NCBI GenBank assembly: GCA_031286165.1
Contig: JAITUU010000018.1
Coordinates: 47,934-111,933 of the forward strand
Origin: Bacteroidales bacterium
Lineage (GTDB): Bacteria; Bacteroidota; Bacteroidia; Bacteroidales; UBA1715
DNA length: 64,000 nucleotides
Direction of reading: 5' to 3'
Each line of letters opens with the position of its first letter. Position 1 is the first letter of the stretch. Shown here piece after piece: positions 45,601 through 53,600 of the stretch. A program made the position numbers and the translations under genes. Below the pieces are notes generated by a model. The model was not told the DNA's origin. It saw only the letters and a program-made list of their open reading frames with translations, and did not search any database.

Positions 45601-48600
45601 GCTTCCTGTAAACGATAGATGGGACGCCACTGCCGACCCATGGACGAACGGCGATACACAACGAAATCTTACCGTAACTTATACGATTAATGAAGAACAT
45701 GGTGCTTCTACTGAAAAACAAGCAACTTGTACCGATAGTAGTAAACTTACCGTTACAGCACAATTTACTCCGGCACCTCCCGCAGTGGCAGATAAATACT
45801 GGCTCATTAGCGATATTGACGGCATCCCCGCCGATTTTATAAAGGCTGCCGTGCAAGCACCGGGTGTAGAAATGAATTGGTACAGCAATGCAGATGGAAG
45901 CGGAAGTTTACAAAGCAATAGCGAAATATTTACTAATATTGGAAACATTAAGCAACAACTGAAAAAAGATGTGGGTTCTGCCGAATCGTTTACCAAAACC
46001 TTCTACATTACCCAACTCAATGGTCGCGATTGCGAAAGTACCACCACTCCGGTAAATCTTATATTGGTAAACTGTCCTTTCACCGCGCCCGACACCACCG
46101 GCAATCAAGCCTGCCGAAAAAATCTTGGCACCGGCTTAGCACTCACTGCCGTAATACCGGCAACTACTGCCACCGGCGATGCCACTCCTACTCCTTCGCT
46201 ATGGAATTGGTATGCCGACAATGGCGGCGTAGCAGGCTCCATAGTACCGAATGCACCTACCGCCGGAGGCAATACTTCTACCTACTCTTCGCCTGCGCAA
46301 ACTACTACCCGCTATTGGGTAAGTTATGTAGCCACCGAAGCAAATAGCGGTCAAGCCTGCGAAAGCCAAAAAGCACAAGTTACCCTTACCGTGTATGACG
46401 ACCCGGTAATAGGCGATATTACCTACAATGCACAAAGCGGCGTAAACATTCACCAACAGGCGAAAAACGGCGTATTGTGTAATACCGACCCTGTGGAGTC
46501 TCTTACTGCTGCGGTAAATAGAAACAATACCAACGGCACTACCACCGAAGTAAATTCATGGACTGTGGTAGGACAATCGAGCGGTGTAATTTCCGACAGC
46601 GATGGACCAAGCAATAGTTACGCACTCTTCGACCCAAGTACTTGGGGTGCTAACACTGCCGACTACGTAGTGAAATACGAAGTAACCAACAACAACGGCT
46701 GTAAAGACAGTAAAACGATTACAATTCCGGTGCAATACACCCCTGCTCCTACTACGGTGGACTACAAAGCCGCACCAAGCCCTACTGCCACGGTGCAAAT
46801 ATCAGCTACCGGCTTGCAAAGCGTGGCAAACGGATTCTCGAACGTGAATTGGTACGCCACACCTACTTCTGTTCCGGTACTTTCTACCCTCAATCCCTTC
46901 CCTACGGGCGACAATCCGAATGTGGAAATTCCCACTCCGGGTAAAAACTACTATGCAACCCAAGTAGCGCGTGCCTGCGAAAGTGAGCGCACACCGGCTA
47001 CGGTAATTATTCAATGCCCTGTGCCTGCTCCGCTTACCACCGACCGCATTATTTGCGACTACTATGCCAATCCGGAACTCACCGTACAAGGCGGCACTTG
47101 GCTCAGCGGCGCACGACCCACTACGCACGCACCGGTATTTACCTTCTACTCTGCGCAAACAGGTGGCACCGTAGTAGGTACTGCCACTGCAAGTAGTACT
47201 ACATCTACCACTGTTACATGGACTCCAACTCTGAGCACAGCCGACAAAACCCAACAACAAATTACCTATTGGGTGAGCGAAAGCAATGACGGCGCACAAC
47301 CTACTGCCTGCGAAGGTCCTCGCACTGCGGTTACTATTCAAATCCGCCGCAGCAATTCCATTACTATCAATACTCCGCCTGCTATTTGCGAAATCACTCC
47401 GCCTGCTACCACAGCAACTCCGGTGCCTGCATTCAGCGTGAGTGGCAACGACCCTGCGGGAGTAATTCAATGGTACTACGTAGCAAACACCGCTCCGGTG
47501 CAAGACCAAACAAACCCAACTCCTGCCGATGGCGTAGGTTCGGGCACAAACGGTTCTTTCAATCCATTGCGCACGGTGTGGGCAAATGCCGGAACTTACA
47601 ATATTTGGGCTACGCAAAGTCAAACTTTCTCTATTCCAACTCCGGAAAGTGTAACCTGCGTAAGCATAGCAGCACCGGCTACCTATACTATTAAACCACA
47701 ACCTGCGGCTCCTACACTCTCGCCAAACAATAGTTGCTTTGGAAGCACCAATACTCTCCTTTCGGCTGTGGGTAGCGATATTACATGGTTTCGAGCAGGT
47801 AATACTACTGCGGTGGGTAGCAATAATAGTTACCAACCAACAGACGTAAACGTGGGAACATACACCTACGAGGCTACACAAACCGTAAACGGCTGCCAAA
47901 GTACGCGAGCAAATACTACCTTCCGCATTAAAGCAATTCCTGCGGCTCCGCAAGTAAGTATTTCAAAACAAAAAATGTGCTCCTACGATGATGAACCTAC
48001 CATTACAGCGGTGCTTACTCCTGTAACAACCGCCGAAGACCAAACTGCTACTATTGCGTGGTATTCATCGGCAAATGGCGTGAATCCGCTGCCTGCGCAG
48101 TTCTCCGGCTTATCCTTCCCAGCCGATAGAACAGTGAATACCTTCCTTGCCTATCATGCTATTCAAACAGTAGAAAGTTGCAGCAGTCCTTCGGCAGGTG
48201 TAAATTACACCGTAGTAGCCCCTGTGCCGGCACCTACCAATACCAATGCTACTATGTGCGAAGGTGCTGCCACTATTCCGCCGCTCCGCACGTCATCAAA
48301 CCGTGCAAGTTGGTTTACTCAGGAATCTACTACTCCGCCGTACAACACTGCCGGAACATCGTTCTACACCGGAAATCAATACACAGCAACTTCGGGTGCT
48401 GCTGTTCCTCCGGGAATTACCTACTATGTACAAGATAGTTTCGATGGTTGCGTAAGTCCTACAAGCCCTATTACCCTTACCGTGATAGCAAAACCAACAA
48501 TCGACATAGGTTCCGATGTGAACTTCTGTATCTATGCTTCGGGCAGAGTAAATGTGGTAGAACTCACTCCTGCCGCTGCTCCTGTGGCTGCTTCGGCAGG

Positions 48601-49993
48601 CAGTATTGCATGGCGGGCTACTATGCCGGGCACTCCCTTCAATCGCTCAATTAACACACAAACCGATACAGACGGTAGTTTCTTTATAACCTTAGATAAT
48701 ACGATACTGCCAACTGCCGGCGATTACACACTTACTGCAATTTACACCGTAGCAAGTGGTAATATTACTTGTCCGAGCGACCCCGACACTATTACGGTAA
48801 CTATGAACGACCGCCCGAATGCACCGATTGTGTCATCGAAAATTATTTGTCAAGGCACCACGCTCGAACCTATTCAAGCCTTTGGTTCGCCAAATATTGA
48901 GTGGAATTTCGTGAGCGGTGCGCAAACTTTGCCCAATTGGACAGGCGACACCTACGATTTCAATCGCTTCAATTTACCAAGCATTGCCGTAGGTCAATAC
49001 TTCTTCACGCTCTTCGATACCGATGCCAGCACCGGCTGCGTAAGTAACCGCACCAATTTGAGTTTCGAGGTGGCTCCCGAAGCAAAAACAAAAATTGTGG
49101 GTCGCACCGAACTTTGTGCCACTACTTCACTTGAAGAACCCTACCACATTGCAGTAGTTCCTACCGAACGCAGCAACTATTTCTGGAGCACTTCGGGCAA
49201 TGTGTATAACTTCTCCAAAGACGGCAATGCCTATTCTCCAATGCGCTATGTGGATTGGCACGAAGCCGGAATCGACACCGTATATGTATATGAACGCACA
49301 TGGGCTGGTTGCGAAGGTTTTGATACCTTACTAGTGAAAATTGCCGAATACCCACAAGCATACTTCACATGGAGTTTGCCCGGTTCAAGCACTACCATAC
49401 AGTACTTAGACAGTTCCTACCAAGCACCGATTGTGAGCAAATACGACCCTACGGTGGCTCCTATTCCACTCTCGTACAACATGGCATGGAATTTCGACCG
49501 CTTGCCAAATATGCCTGCCGACCACATAGATATGGTGGTGGAATTTGAAGACCGATTTAATCCGATTTTGGTACACGACTACACCTACGGCTACAAAAAT
49601 CCGAAATTGATAGTTACCAACGAATTTGGCTGCTCCAGCAGTTACAGCACCGAAATCTTTGTGGATATTCGCGCCGGAGTATTTATTCCGAACGCATTCA
49701 GTCCTACCAACGCGGCAGCCGGAGTGCGAGTATTCAAACCACTTGCCTTTAACTTAGAATATGCAAAATTCTGGGTATATGACAAATGGGGTAACTTACT
49801 CTTCTACTCCGAAGACGTGCAAAATGGCTTGTTCATAGGCGCGTGGGACGGTACCTACAACGGTGAATTGCTCCAAAGCGATGTGTATATTTGGAAATTG
49901 GAAGCCAAATTCTTAGACGGCACTTCGTGGCCCGGTCAGAAAAGAGCCACCGGCGGCTACACCAACTTTGGTAATGTTACCTTAATACGATAA
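39683..49993 (+). CDS. giant (3436 aa) cell-surface protein: signal peptide, RCC1-like beta-propeller, >20 Cys-containing Ig-like modules, PKD-like module, T9SS type-B (gliding-motility) C-terminal domain
   Basis: Signal VLFGTGAFAQA. RCC1-like blades (VWGKNESGGLGLG, CWGSNDRGQIGNG, SWGGNGTGANQY, SWGWSQGANTNG, AWGNGSWNSQLG, VWGGGG). Recurrent module W[YF]..(A/S).GG..L..G..YTP....Y[YW]V.Q...GCES.R..VT(V/I). C-terminus IPNAFSPTN...WDGTYNG...DVYIWKLEAKF...GNVTLIR matches the CHU_C/T9SS type-B sorting domain pattern. Confidence 0.9.
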   Translation: MKSLLRSILCTLSAVVLFGTGAFAQANLLISGGNAVASYVCSNSRVAVWGKNESGGLGLGHSTSPVTTPQLMPQNSFGPITVKIQQVNSGSGSHFVALTCATTTGGKSQVWCWGSNDRGQIGNGVKGGTVTAPVRVRASSGIDAAYKETVSGVTYLVNAKVVYAGNSSTYAILENGDLVSWGGNGTGANQYTHTYGILGNGTQTDSYEAVYVLTAAGQRLKNVVAVCAGDNSAYALDANGQVWSWGWSQGANTNGSDAGNGSLGRPSGQTNYATKVNYANGSPMNNIKYISCSDGAAFVIDNNNYVWAWGNGSWNSQLGVPQNATGWEPRQTVGVGGTGFLQALQVAGGQGFGMGITLDGRAVVWGGGGCQDGGGGTSIPGGTADGIPRYITSAANTAGNVTLINRADHGGWFVDVNNNVYAFGCNENKDAGSTGILGTGGSSGSLSAVTQVTLPTGCDKRDQEPFADISPKLVEVCKTGFTGQELKSGFTLGGTTAANYTITWDYSATGAAGSWTQIKTGGANTTTNKSLAATSTTNEGWYRVTVKYIGGNAPCDGFPPAVDSMRIKFYTQEFQDPGTLKVTDCASSPKKAKVYVAPKSPATAPTIANRVYNWYTASTGGTLLATTVGSATASTTTGTGFAEIEIDNLPELTPVTDPPKRIVYVEETAAAAGMFMKRSSNTCQTWTKENYLNAGNISNQSWTGFTLTEEATISELSFLVRLWLYNAGTVSTTIRFDIYAGNKIPSGTAIGSLTATVTSSSTNETASTQVATAIGSVKLSPGNYVIGAAYTTGVNNAGLKIGTTSCTLASSGNDDVTGSIIKHTGIGEGTNANPTPAAYTNVFDIKFKTSQRFCDRVPMYIVVDCPTCTKPKQIALSATGSNITSGTPKTVNLCAGESTTLSTNSITQTGYTDYTIRWFNTVNVQTYNASTGANGTALSSVNTSATVSSASLAVPYSDATAAGKKFYVLVFDRNQPLEKSCYMWDSIVVKQLPTPTATVSGGGTVCEGNAASPVIVTFANGTTPYTFTSTYSGGSGFSDQSTGSSSTYQLSTPLPNTPGTYTYQLTAFKDANGCAGTIPTPAKQTITINPTPVAEISATKLDYCAETTSGITLSLTPASGISLTGATYAWKNGNTAAGSGATITNATKGSYTCTITLNGCTHLTQAISITENPLPTYTITGDGEYCPNATSRTPVVITFTGTAPISFNIANKSDFTANSSGLVWTSTTASGSTSPGTVYQPTNIEDGNGCVAKSSTNKVTVINKTIPGLTASTVPDICVGTQSTLNVAQYVTAAGTPTYTMKSGSTGPVTSAGVLTLPSNTAMTSPLTVYVVATMPAQAGASCEASIEIPVTINPLPSATLATSPVCKGIQAELTATPTGGTAPYTNFAWTISGSAQLDAATTTAPTNVVRSSADAGTYTVGVTVTDSKGCVAAAAATTTVTVKSIPTVAQVTAQEKCVCQPSDAISFTSTPSGATFTWTNTNPVIGLAASGTGSSISSFPTANGTPAATGPISGEIWATPSLNGCDGISTKVTSITVNPLPTFTIASNPTNACQVDANNAAANVSTSASGLNGGTFVYSSSDISTINASTGAFTTAGLTPGVKTIKLDYTDGNGCKNSNTTTFTINTPPTVTLTAPANVCWNDNPVQLTVTVNGSTVNSPNGIFTGTQGGTNMANPIAAGGTSNFTYTHTDANSCVGTASASMVTTFVDRPTSAGKTIQIQSDNLFTPGENTNIDAAFPASGADAIQWFSGTTCGTNLVGVGVQNNGQTLVTGKTEADGVGNYPYQIRATKTVGGVSCYSECNPTALVITSCPAQTPGTQNAHYCLGETASLTATPWQNASNVAWFDKNPVGLTGTTFPQGGVNQLGTGTTYTPANQAAGEQIVYVAEYDPTNHCWSGGGIVSLSIHNKPAPTVTTAGGSNFCATGKTPSENPKIFTLTPAPDQLQTGSTWSFAQRQPAGTPTRGGFTNSSSLPVNDRWDATADPWTNGDTQRNLTVTYTINEEHGASTEKQATCTDSSKLTVTAQFTPAPPAVADKYWLISDIDGIPADFIKAAVQAPGVEMNWYSNADGSGSLQSNSEIFTNIGNIKQQLKKDVGSAESFTKTFYITQLNGRDCESTTTPVNLILVNCPFTAPDTTGNQACRKNLGTGLALTAVIPATTATGDATPTPSLWNWYADNGGVAGSIVPNAPTAGGNTSTYSSPAQTTTRYWVSYVATEANSGQACESQKAQVTLTVYDDPVIGDITYNAQSGVNIHQQAKNGVLCNTDPVESLTAAVNRNNTNGTTTEVNSWTVVGQSSGVISDSDGPSNSYALFDPSTWGANTADYVVKYEVTNNNGCKDSKTITIPVQYTPAPTTVDYKAAPSPTATVQISATGLQSVANGFSNVNWYATPTSVPVLSTLNPFPTGDNPNVEIPTPGKNYYATQVARACESERTPATVIIQCPVPAPLTTDRIICDYYANPELTVQGGTWLSGARPTTHAPVFTFYSAQTGGTVVGTATASSTTSTTVTWTPTLSTADKTQQQITYWVSESNDGAQPTACEGPRTAVTIQIRRSNSITINTPPAICEITPPATTATPVPAFSVSGNDPAGVIQWYYVANTAPVQDQTNPTPADGVGSGTNGSFNPLRTVWANAGTYNIWATQSQTFSIPTPESVTCVSIAAPATYTIKPQPAAPTLSPNNSCFGSTNTLLSAVGSDITWFRAGNTTAVGSNNSYQPTDVNVGTYTYEATQTVNGCQSTRANTTFRIKAIPAAPQVSISKQKMCSYDDEPTITAVLTPVTTAEDQTATIAWYSSANGVNPLPAQFSGLSFPADRTVNTFLAYHAIQTVESCSSPSAGVNYTVVAPVPAPTNTNATMCEGAATIPPLRTSSNRASWFTQESTTPPYNTAGTSFYTGNQYTATSGAAVPPGITYYVQDSFDGCVSPTSPITLTVIAKPTIDIGSDVNFCIYASGRVNVVELTPAAAPVAASAGSIAWRATMPGTPFNRSINTQTDTDGSFFITLDNTILPTAGDYTLTAIYTVASGNITCPSDPDTITVTMNDRPNAPIVSSKIICQGTTLEPIQAFGSPNIEWNFVSGAQTLPNWTGDTYDFNRFNLPSIAVGQYFFTLFDTDASTGCVSNRTNLSFEVAPEAKTKIVGRTELCATTSLEEPYHIAVVPTERSNYFWSTSGNVYNFSKDGNAYSPMRYVDWHEAGIDTVYVYERTWAGCEGFDTLLVKIAEYPQAYFTWSLPGSSTTIQYLDSSYQAPIVSKYDPTVAPIPLSYNMAWNFDRLPNMPADHIDMVVEFEDRFNPILVHDYTYGYKNPKLIVTNEFGCSSSYSTEIFVDIRAGVFIPNAFSPTNAAAGVRVFKPLAFNLEYAKFWVYDKWGNLLFYSEDVQNGLFIGAWDGTYNGELLQSDVYIWKLEAKFLDGTSWPGQKRATGGYTNFGNVTLIR

Positions 49994-49994
49994 A

Positions 49995-50036
49995 AGAAAA
50001 GCCCACAACCAAAGGTTGTGGGCTTTTCTTTTTTTC
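49995..50036 (+). terminator. strong rho-independent terminator of the giant gene
   Basis: agaaaagcccacaacc (49995-50010), aaa loop, ggttgtgggcttttct (50014-50029), then a T-run. Confidence 0.9.
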
Positions 50037-50044
50037 TATCTTTG
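50037..50044 (+). promoter_or_regulatory. candidate -7 promoter box
   Basis: tatctttg matches TAnnTTTG, 17 nt upstream of ATG 50062. Confidence 0.45.
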
Positions 50045-50061
50045 CACAAAATGAAAATCCT

Positions 50062-50634
50062 ATGAAAAAAATCCTTCTTCCTCTATTCTGTATTATTCTA
50101 TGTTTTGGCTGTAAATCAGTGCGGCAGGCGCGAAATCTCAAAGATTGTTCCTACAACATTGTAGGAATTTCCGACATTCAAGCCGGCTCGGTGGAACTCG
50201 ATGGCAAAACAAGTTACAAAGATTTCAGTGTGAACGATGTAGCCGGACTTTCACACCTGCTCATGAAAAAACAACTGCCTATTTCGTTCACGGCACACAT
50301 AGCCATTCACAATCCCAACGCCGAAACCGCCGCCCTGCAAAGCCTCGATTGGATTTTGGTGATGCGCGATAAAGAAATAGCACGCGGATTTTTGCCTCAC
50401 ACGGTGCACATACAGGCAAAAGAAAAAGTAGTACTCGAACTCCCTGTGCAAACCGATTTGAGCGCACTGCTTTCTACCTTTTCCATGCAGGAATTATCAG
50501 CCATGATTTTCAATTTTTCGAGTAAAAAGGTATTTAAAGACGATGTGAAACTCAAAATTCGCCCGGCAGTGCAAGTGGGCAAAAAATACATTAAAACACC
50601 AAATTATTTTACAATCGACATTCCTGTACAGTAA
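50062..50634 (+). CDS. lipoprotein with LEA_2 (late-embryogenesis-abundant type 2 / NDR1-HIN1-like) fold
   Basis: Lipobox LCFGC. IAIHNPNAETAALQSLDWILVMRDKEIARGFLP...HIQAKEKVVLELPV follows the NPN...L.Y.L...G..ia.G pattern of LEA_2 domains. Confidence 0.55.
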   Translation: MKKILLPLFCIILCFGCKSVRQARNLKDCSYNIVGISDIQAGSVELDGKTSYKDFSVNDVAGLSHLLMKKQLPISFTAHIAIHNPNAETAALQSLDWILVMRDKEIARGFLPHTVHIQAKEKVVLELPVQTDLSALLSTFSMQELSAMIFNFSSKKVFKDDVKLKIRPAVQVGKKYIKTPNYFTIDIPVQ

Positions 50635-50641
50635 AAAAAAC

Positions 50642-50649
50642 TATTTTTG
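50642..50649 (+). promoter_or_regulatory. candidate -7 promoter box (near-leaderless transcript)
   Basis: tatttttg matches TAnnTTTG, only 8 nt upstream of ATG 50658. Confidence 0.4.
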
Positions 50650-50657
50650 CAACCGCT

Positions 50658-53600
50658 ATGAATATAGGAATAGATATAGGTTCAACCACCGCCAAAGCCG
50701 TAGTAACAAACGATACCGGCGACATAATTTTTTCTGTTTATAAACGTCATAAGGCTCTCATTGTAGAGAGTTTACTCGATATTTTACGCAGTATCCGCGC
50801 GGAATTTCCCCAAACACAGGATTTTCGTATCTGCTTTACGGGTAGTGCCGGCATGGGGGTAGCAGAGCAACACGCCTTTCCGTTTGTGCAGGAAGTAATA
50901 GCCGCCAGCGAGGTTATTCAAACCTACTATCCTGCCACCAAAACCTTGATAGACATAGGTGGCGAAGATGCCAAAATAATTTTCTACGAGGCAGATAAAG
51001 CCCCCGATATTCGCATGAACGGCAGTTGTGCCGGCGGTACCGGTGCGTTTATAGACCAAATTGCCTCGCTGCTCAATATAGAAACTTCGGAATTGCACGA
51101 ATTGGCGGCACAAAGCACACAACTCTACACCATAGCAAGCCGCTGCGGAGTATTTGCCAAAACCGATGTGCAAAACCTTATAGCCCGCAAAGTGCCCATA
51201 GCCGATATTGCCGCAAGTGCGTTTTACGCCGTGTCGCTGCAAGTAATCAACGCACTTTCGCGCGGGGTGGATATTCAGCCGCAAGTGTTATTTATAGGCG
51301 GACCTTTGACCTACATTCCGGCACTGCGCCATACTTTACAAAAACAACTGCACTGCTCGAACGAAGAAGCAATTCTACCCAAAAATTCACACGTATTTCC
51401 GGCATGGGGAGCGGCTATTGAAGCACAAAAACACTCGGCATTTTCGCTGGAACACATACTAGCCTGTGTGCAAAAAAGCAGCAACAGCATAGCAAAAAAT
51501 CGCCTCGCGCCGCTTTTTCAAAGTGCCGAAGATTTTGCGCAGTGGAAACGCACGCAGAATATTCTGCCCGTGCCGGCGCACGCGGAACCGGCAAAACAAG
51601 AACATATAAACGTATTCTTAGGAATAGACAGCGGAAGTACCACCACCAAAGTAGTGTTGCTCAATGCCAAAGGCGAACTCATAGCCTCGCACTACGATAC
51701 CAACAAAGGAAATCCTATACAAGCAGCAATTACCGGACTTGAACAATGCGTTACTTCGCTGAACTGCACCAAAATAACCATTCTGCGTTCGGCAGTTACC
51801 GGCTACGGCGAGGATTTACTCAAAGCCGCCTTTTCCATAGACGAAAGCATAGTAGAAACCATAGCACACACCACCGCCGCGCAAAAAATTGCCCCCAATG
51901 TGAGCTTTATAATGGATATTGGCGGACAAGATATGAAGGCAATTTACATAAAAAACGGCGCAATTCAATCCATAGAAATCAACGAAGCCTGTTCTTCGGG
52001 TTGCGGTTCGTTTATTCAAAATTTTGCGCACACACTTTCGCACACCGCCGCCGAATTTGGCGAATTAGCCTGCACCGCCAAAAATCCCTGCGATTTGGGT
52101 TCGCGCTGCACGGTGTTTATGAATAGCCAAGTGAAGCAAGCCCTGCGCGAAGGTGCCGAAGTTTCGGAAATTTCCGCAGGATTGGCATATTCGGTTATCA
52201 AAAACGCACTCTTCAAAGTGTTGCAAATCAAGAATATGGACGTGCTTGGCGATACAATTATAGTACAAGGCGGTACCTTCAAAAATCCGGCAATTTTCCG
52301 CGCTATGGAAATTCTTACCGGAAAAACCATAGCCCGCTCCGATAAACCAGAATTGATGGGTGCTTTGGGCGCAGCCTACTATGCACACATGCGCTACGAA
52401 CAAAATCCACAAGCAAGCCGCACCCTGCCCTACGAAGAACGCCACAAAGCAGCGCAATACAGCAGCAAACAAATTACCTGCAAGGGTTGCTCCAATAATT
52501 GTATTATTACACGCTGTACTTTTTCGGGCAATGCCACCCACTATTCGGGCAATAAATGCGAAAAAATATTTTCCTCGAAAGGGCAAACCGTGGAACGCGG
52601 CGAAAACCTTTTTGAATACAAATACGACATTCTTTTCAATCGCGTGCAAAAACCCTACGTACCCAGCATAGGCGTTACCATTGGTATTCCGCGTATTTTG
52701 GGAATGTATGCCAACTATCCATTTTGGAACACACTCCTCACCCACTGCGGCATTCGCATAGTGCTTTCAGACGAAAGTACCACCGAAACCTTTGAAAAAG
52801 GGCAGGGAACCATTATGGCTGATAATATTTGCTTTCCGGCAAAAATTGCCCACGGACACATACTCAATCTTGCTGAAAAAGAGATAGATAGAATATTCTA
52901 TCCCCTTGTAATTTACGAAGAAAACGAACACGCCGAAGCGAAAAATTCCTTCAACTGCCCCATAGTGTCGAGTTACAGCGAAGTGTTGCAAAGTGCTATT
53001 CCCGCCGAAAAACGTAACAATATTCCACTCGACAAACCGGTGATTTCCTTTCGCGATGAAGCCCTGCTCAAACGCGGTTGCTGGCGATACCTAAAATCGC
53101 TCGGCGTGCGCAAAGACGATTTTCGCACAGCATTCAAAGCCGCCCTTGCCGAGCAAAAAAATTACCGCGAGCAATATCGCTTAAAAGGATTTCGCATAAT
53201 GGAACGCGCGAAATTAGACGGTAAACCAATTATTATGCTGGCAAGCCGCCCCTATCATATAGACCCTTTGGTACATCAAAAAACTTCGGATATATTGTGC
53301 GAACTTGGCGCAAGTGTGGTTTCGGAAGAAGTAATGACACAAATACCCGGCATTTCGCTCACCAATTATCTGCACGTGGCGCAGTGGAACTACCCCAACC
53401 GCATACTCAAAGCGGCGCAGTGGGCGTTGCACAACCAAGATTACAACATCAGTTTTGTGCAACTCAATTCCTTTGGCTGCGGTCCCGATAGTTTTATTTC
53501 CGATGAATTGAAAGAACTTTTTGATGCCTCGCAAGCATCATACACCTTTATTCGTGTTGATGAAATCAATAGCACCGGTTCGGTGCGCCTACGCTTGCGT

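Noticed and set aside
40148-47953. Long antisense or off-frame ORFs within the giant RCC1/Ig gene (40148-41035, 44660-45406, 46802-47953 and many of 60-140 aa)
   Set aside because: They are embedded in a continuous 10.3-kb ORF with clear domain structure and a sorting signal. Their products are Arg/Cys/Ser-rich junk with no signal or motifs.
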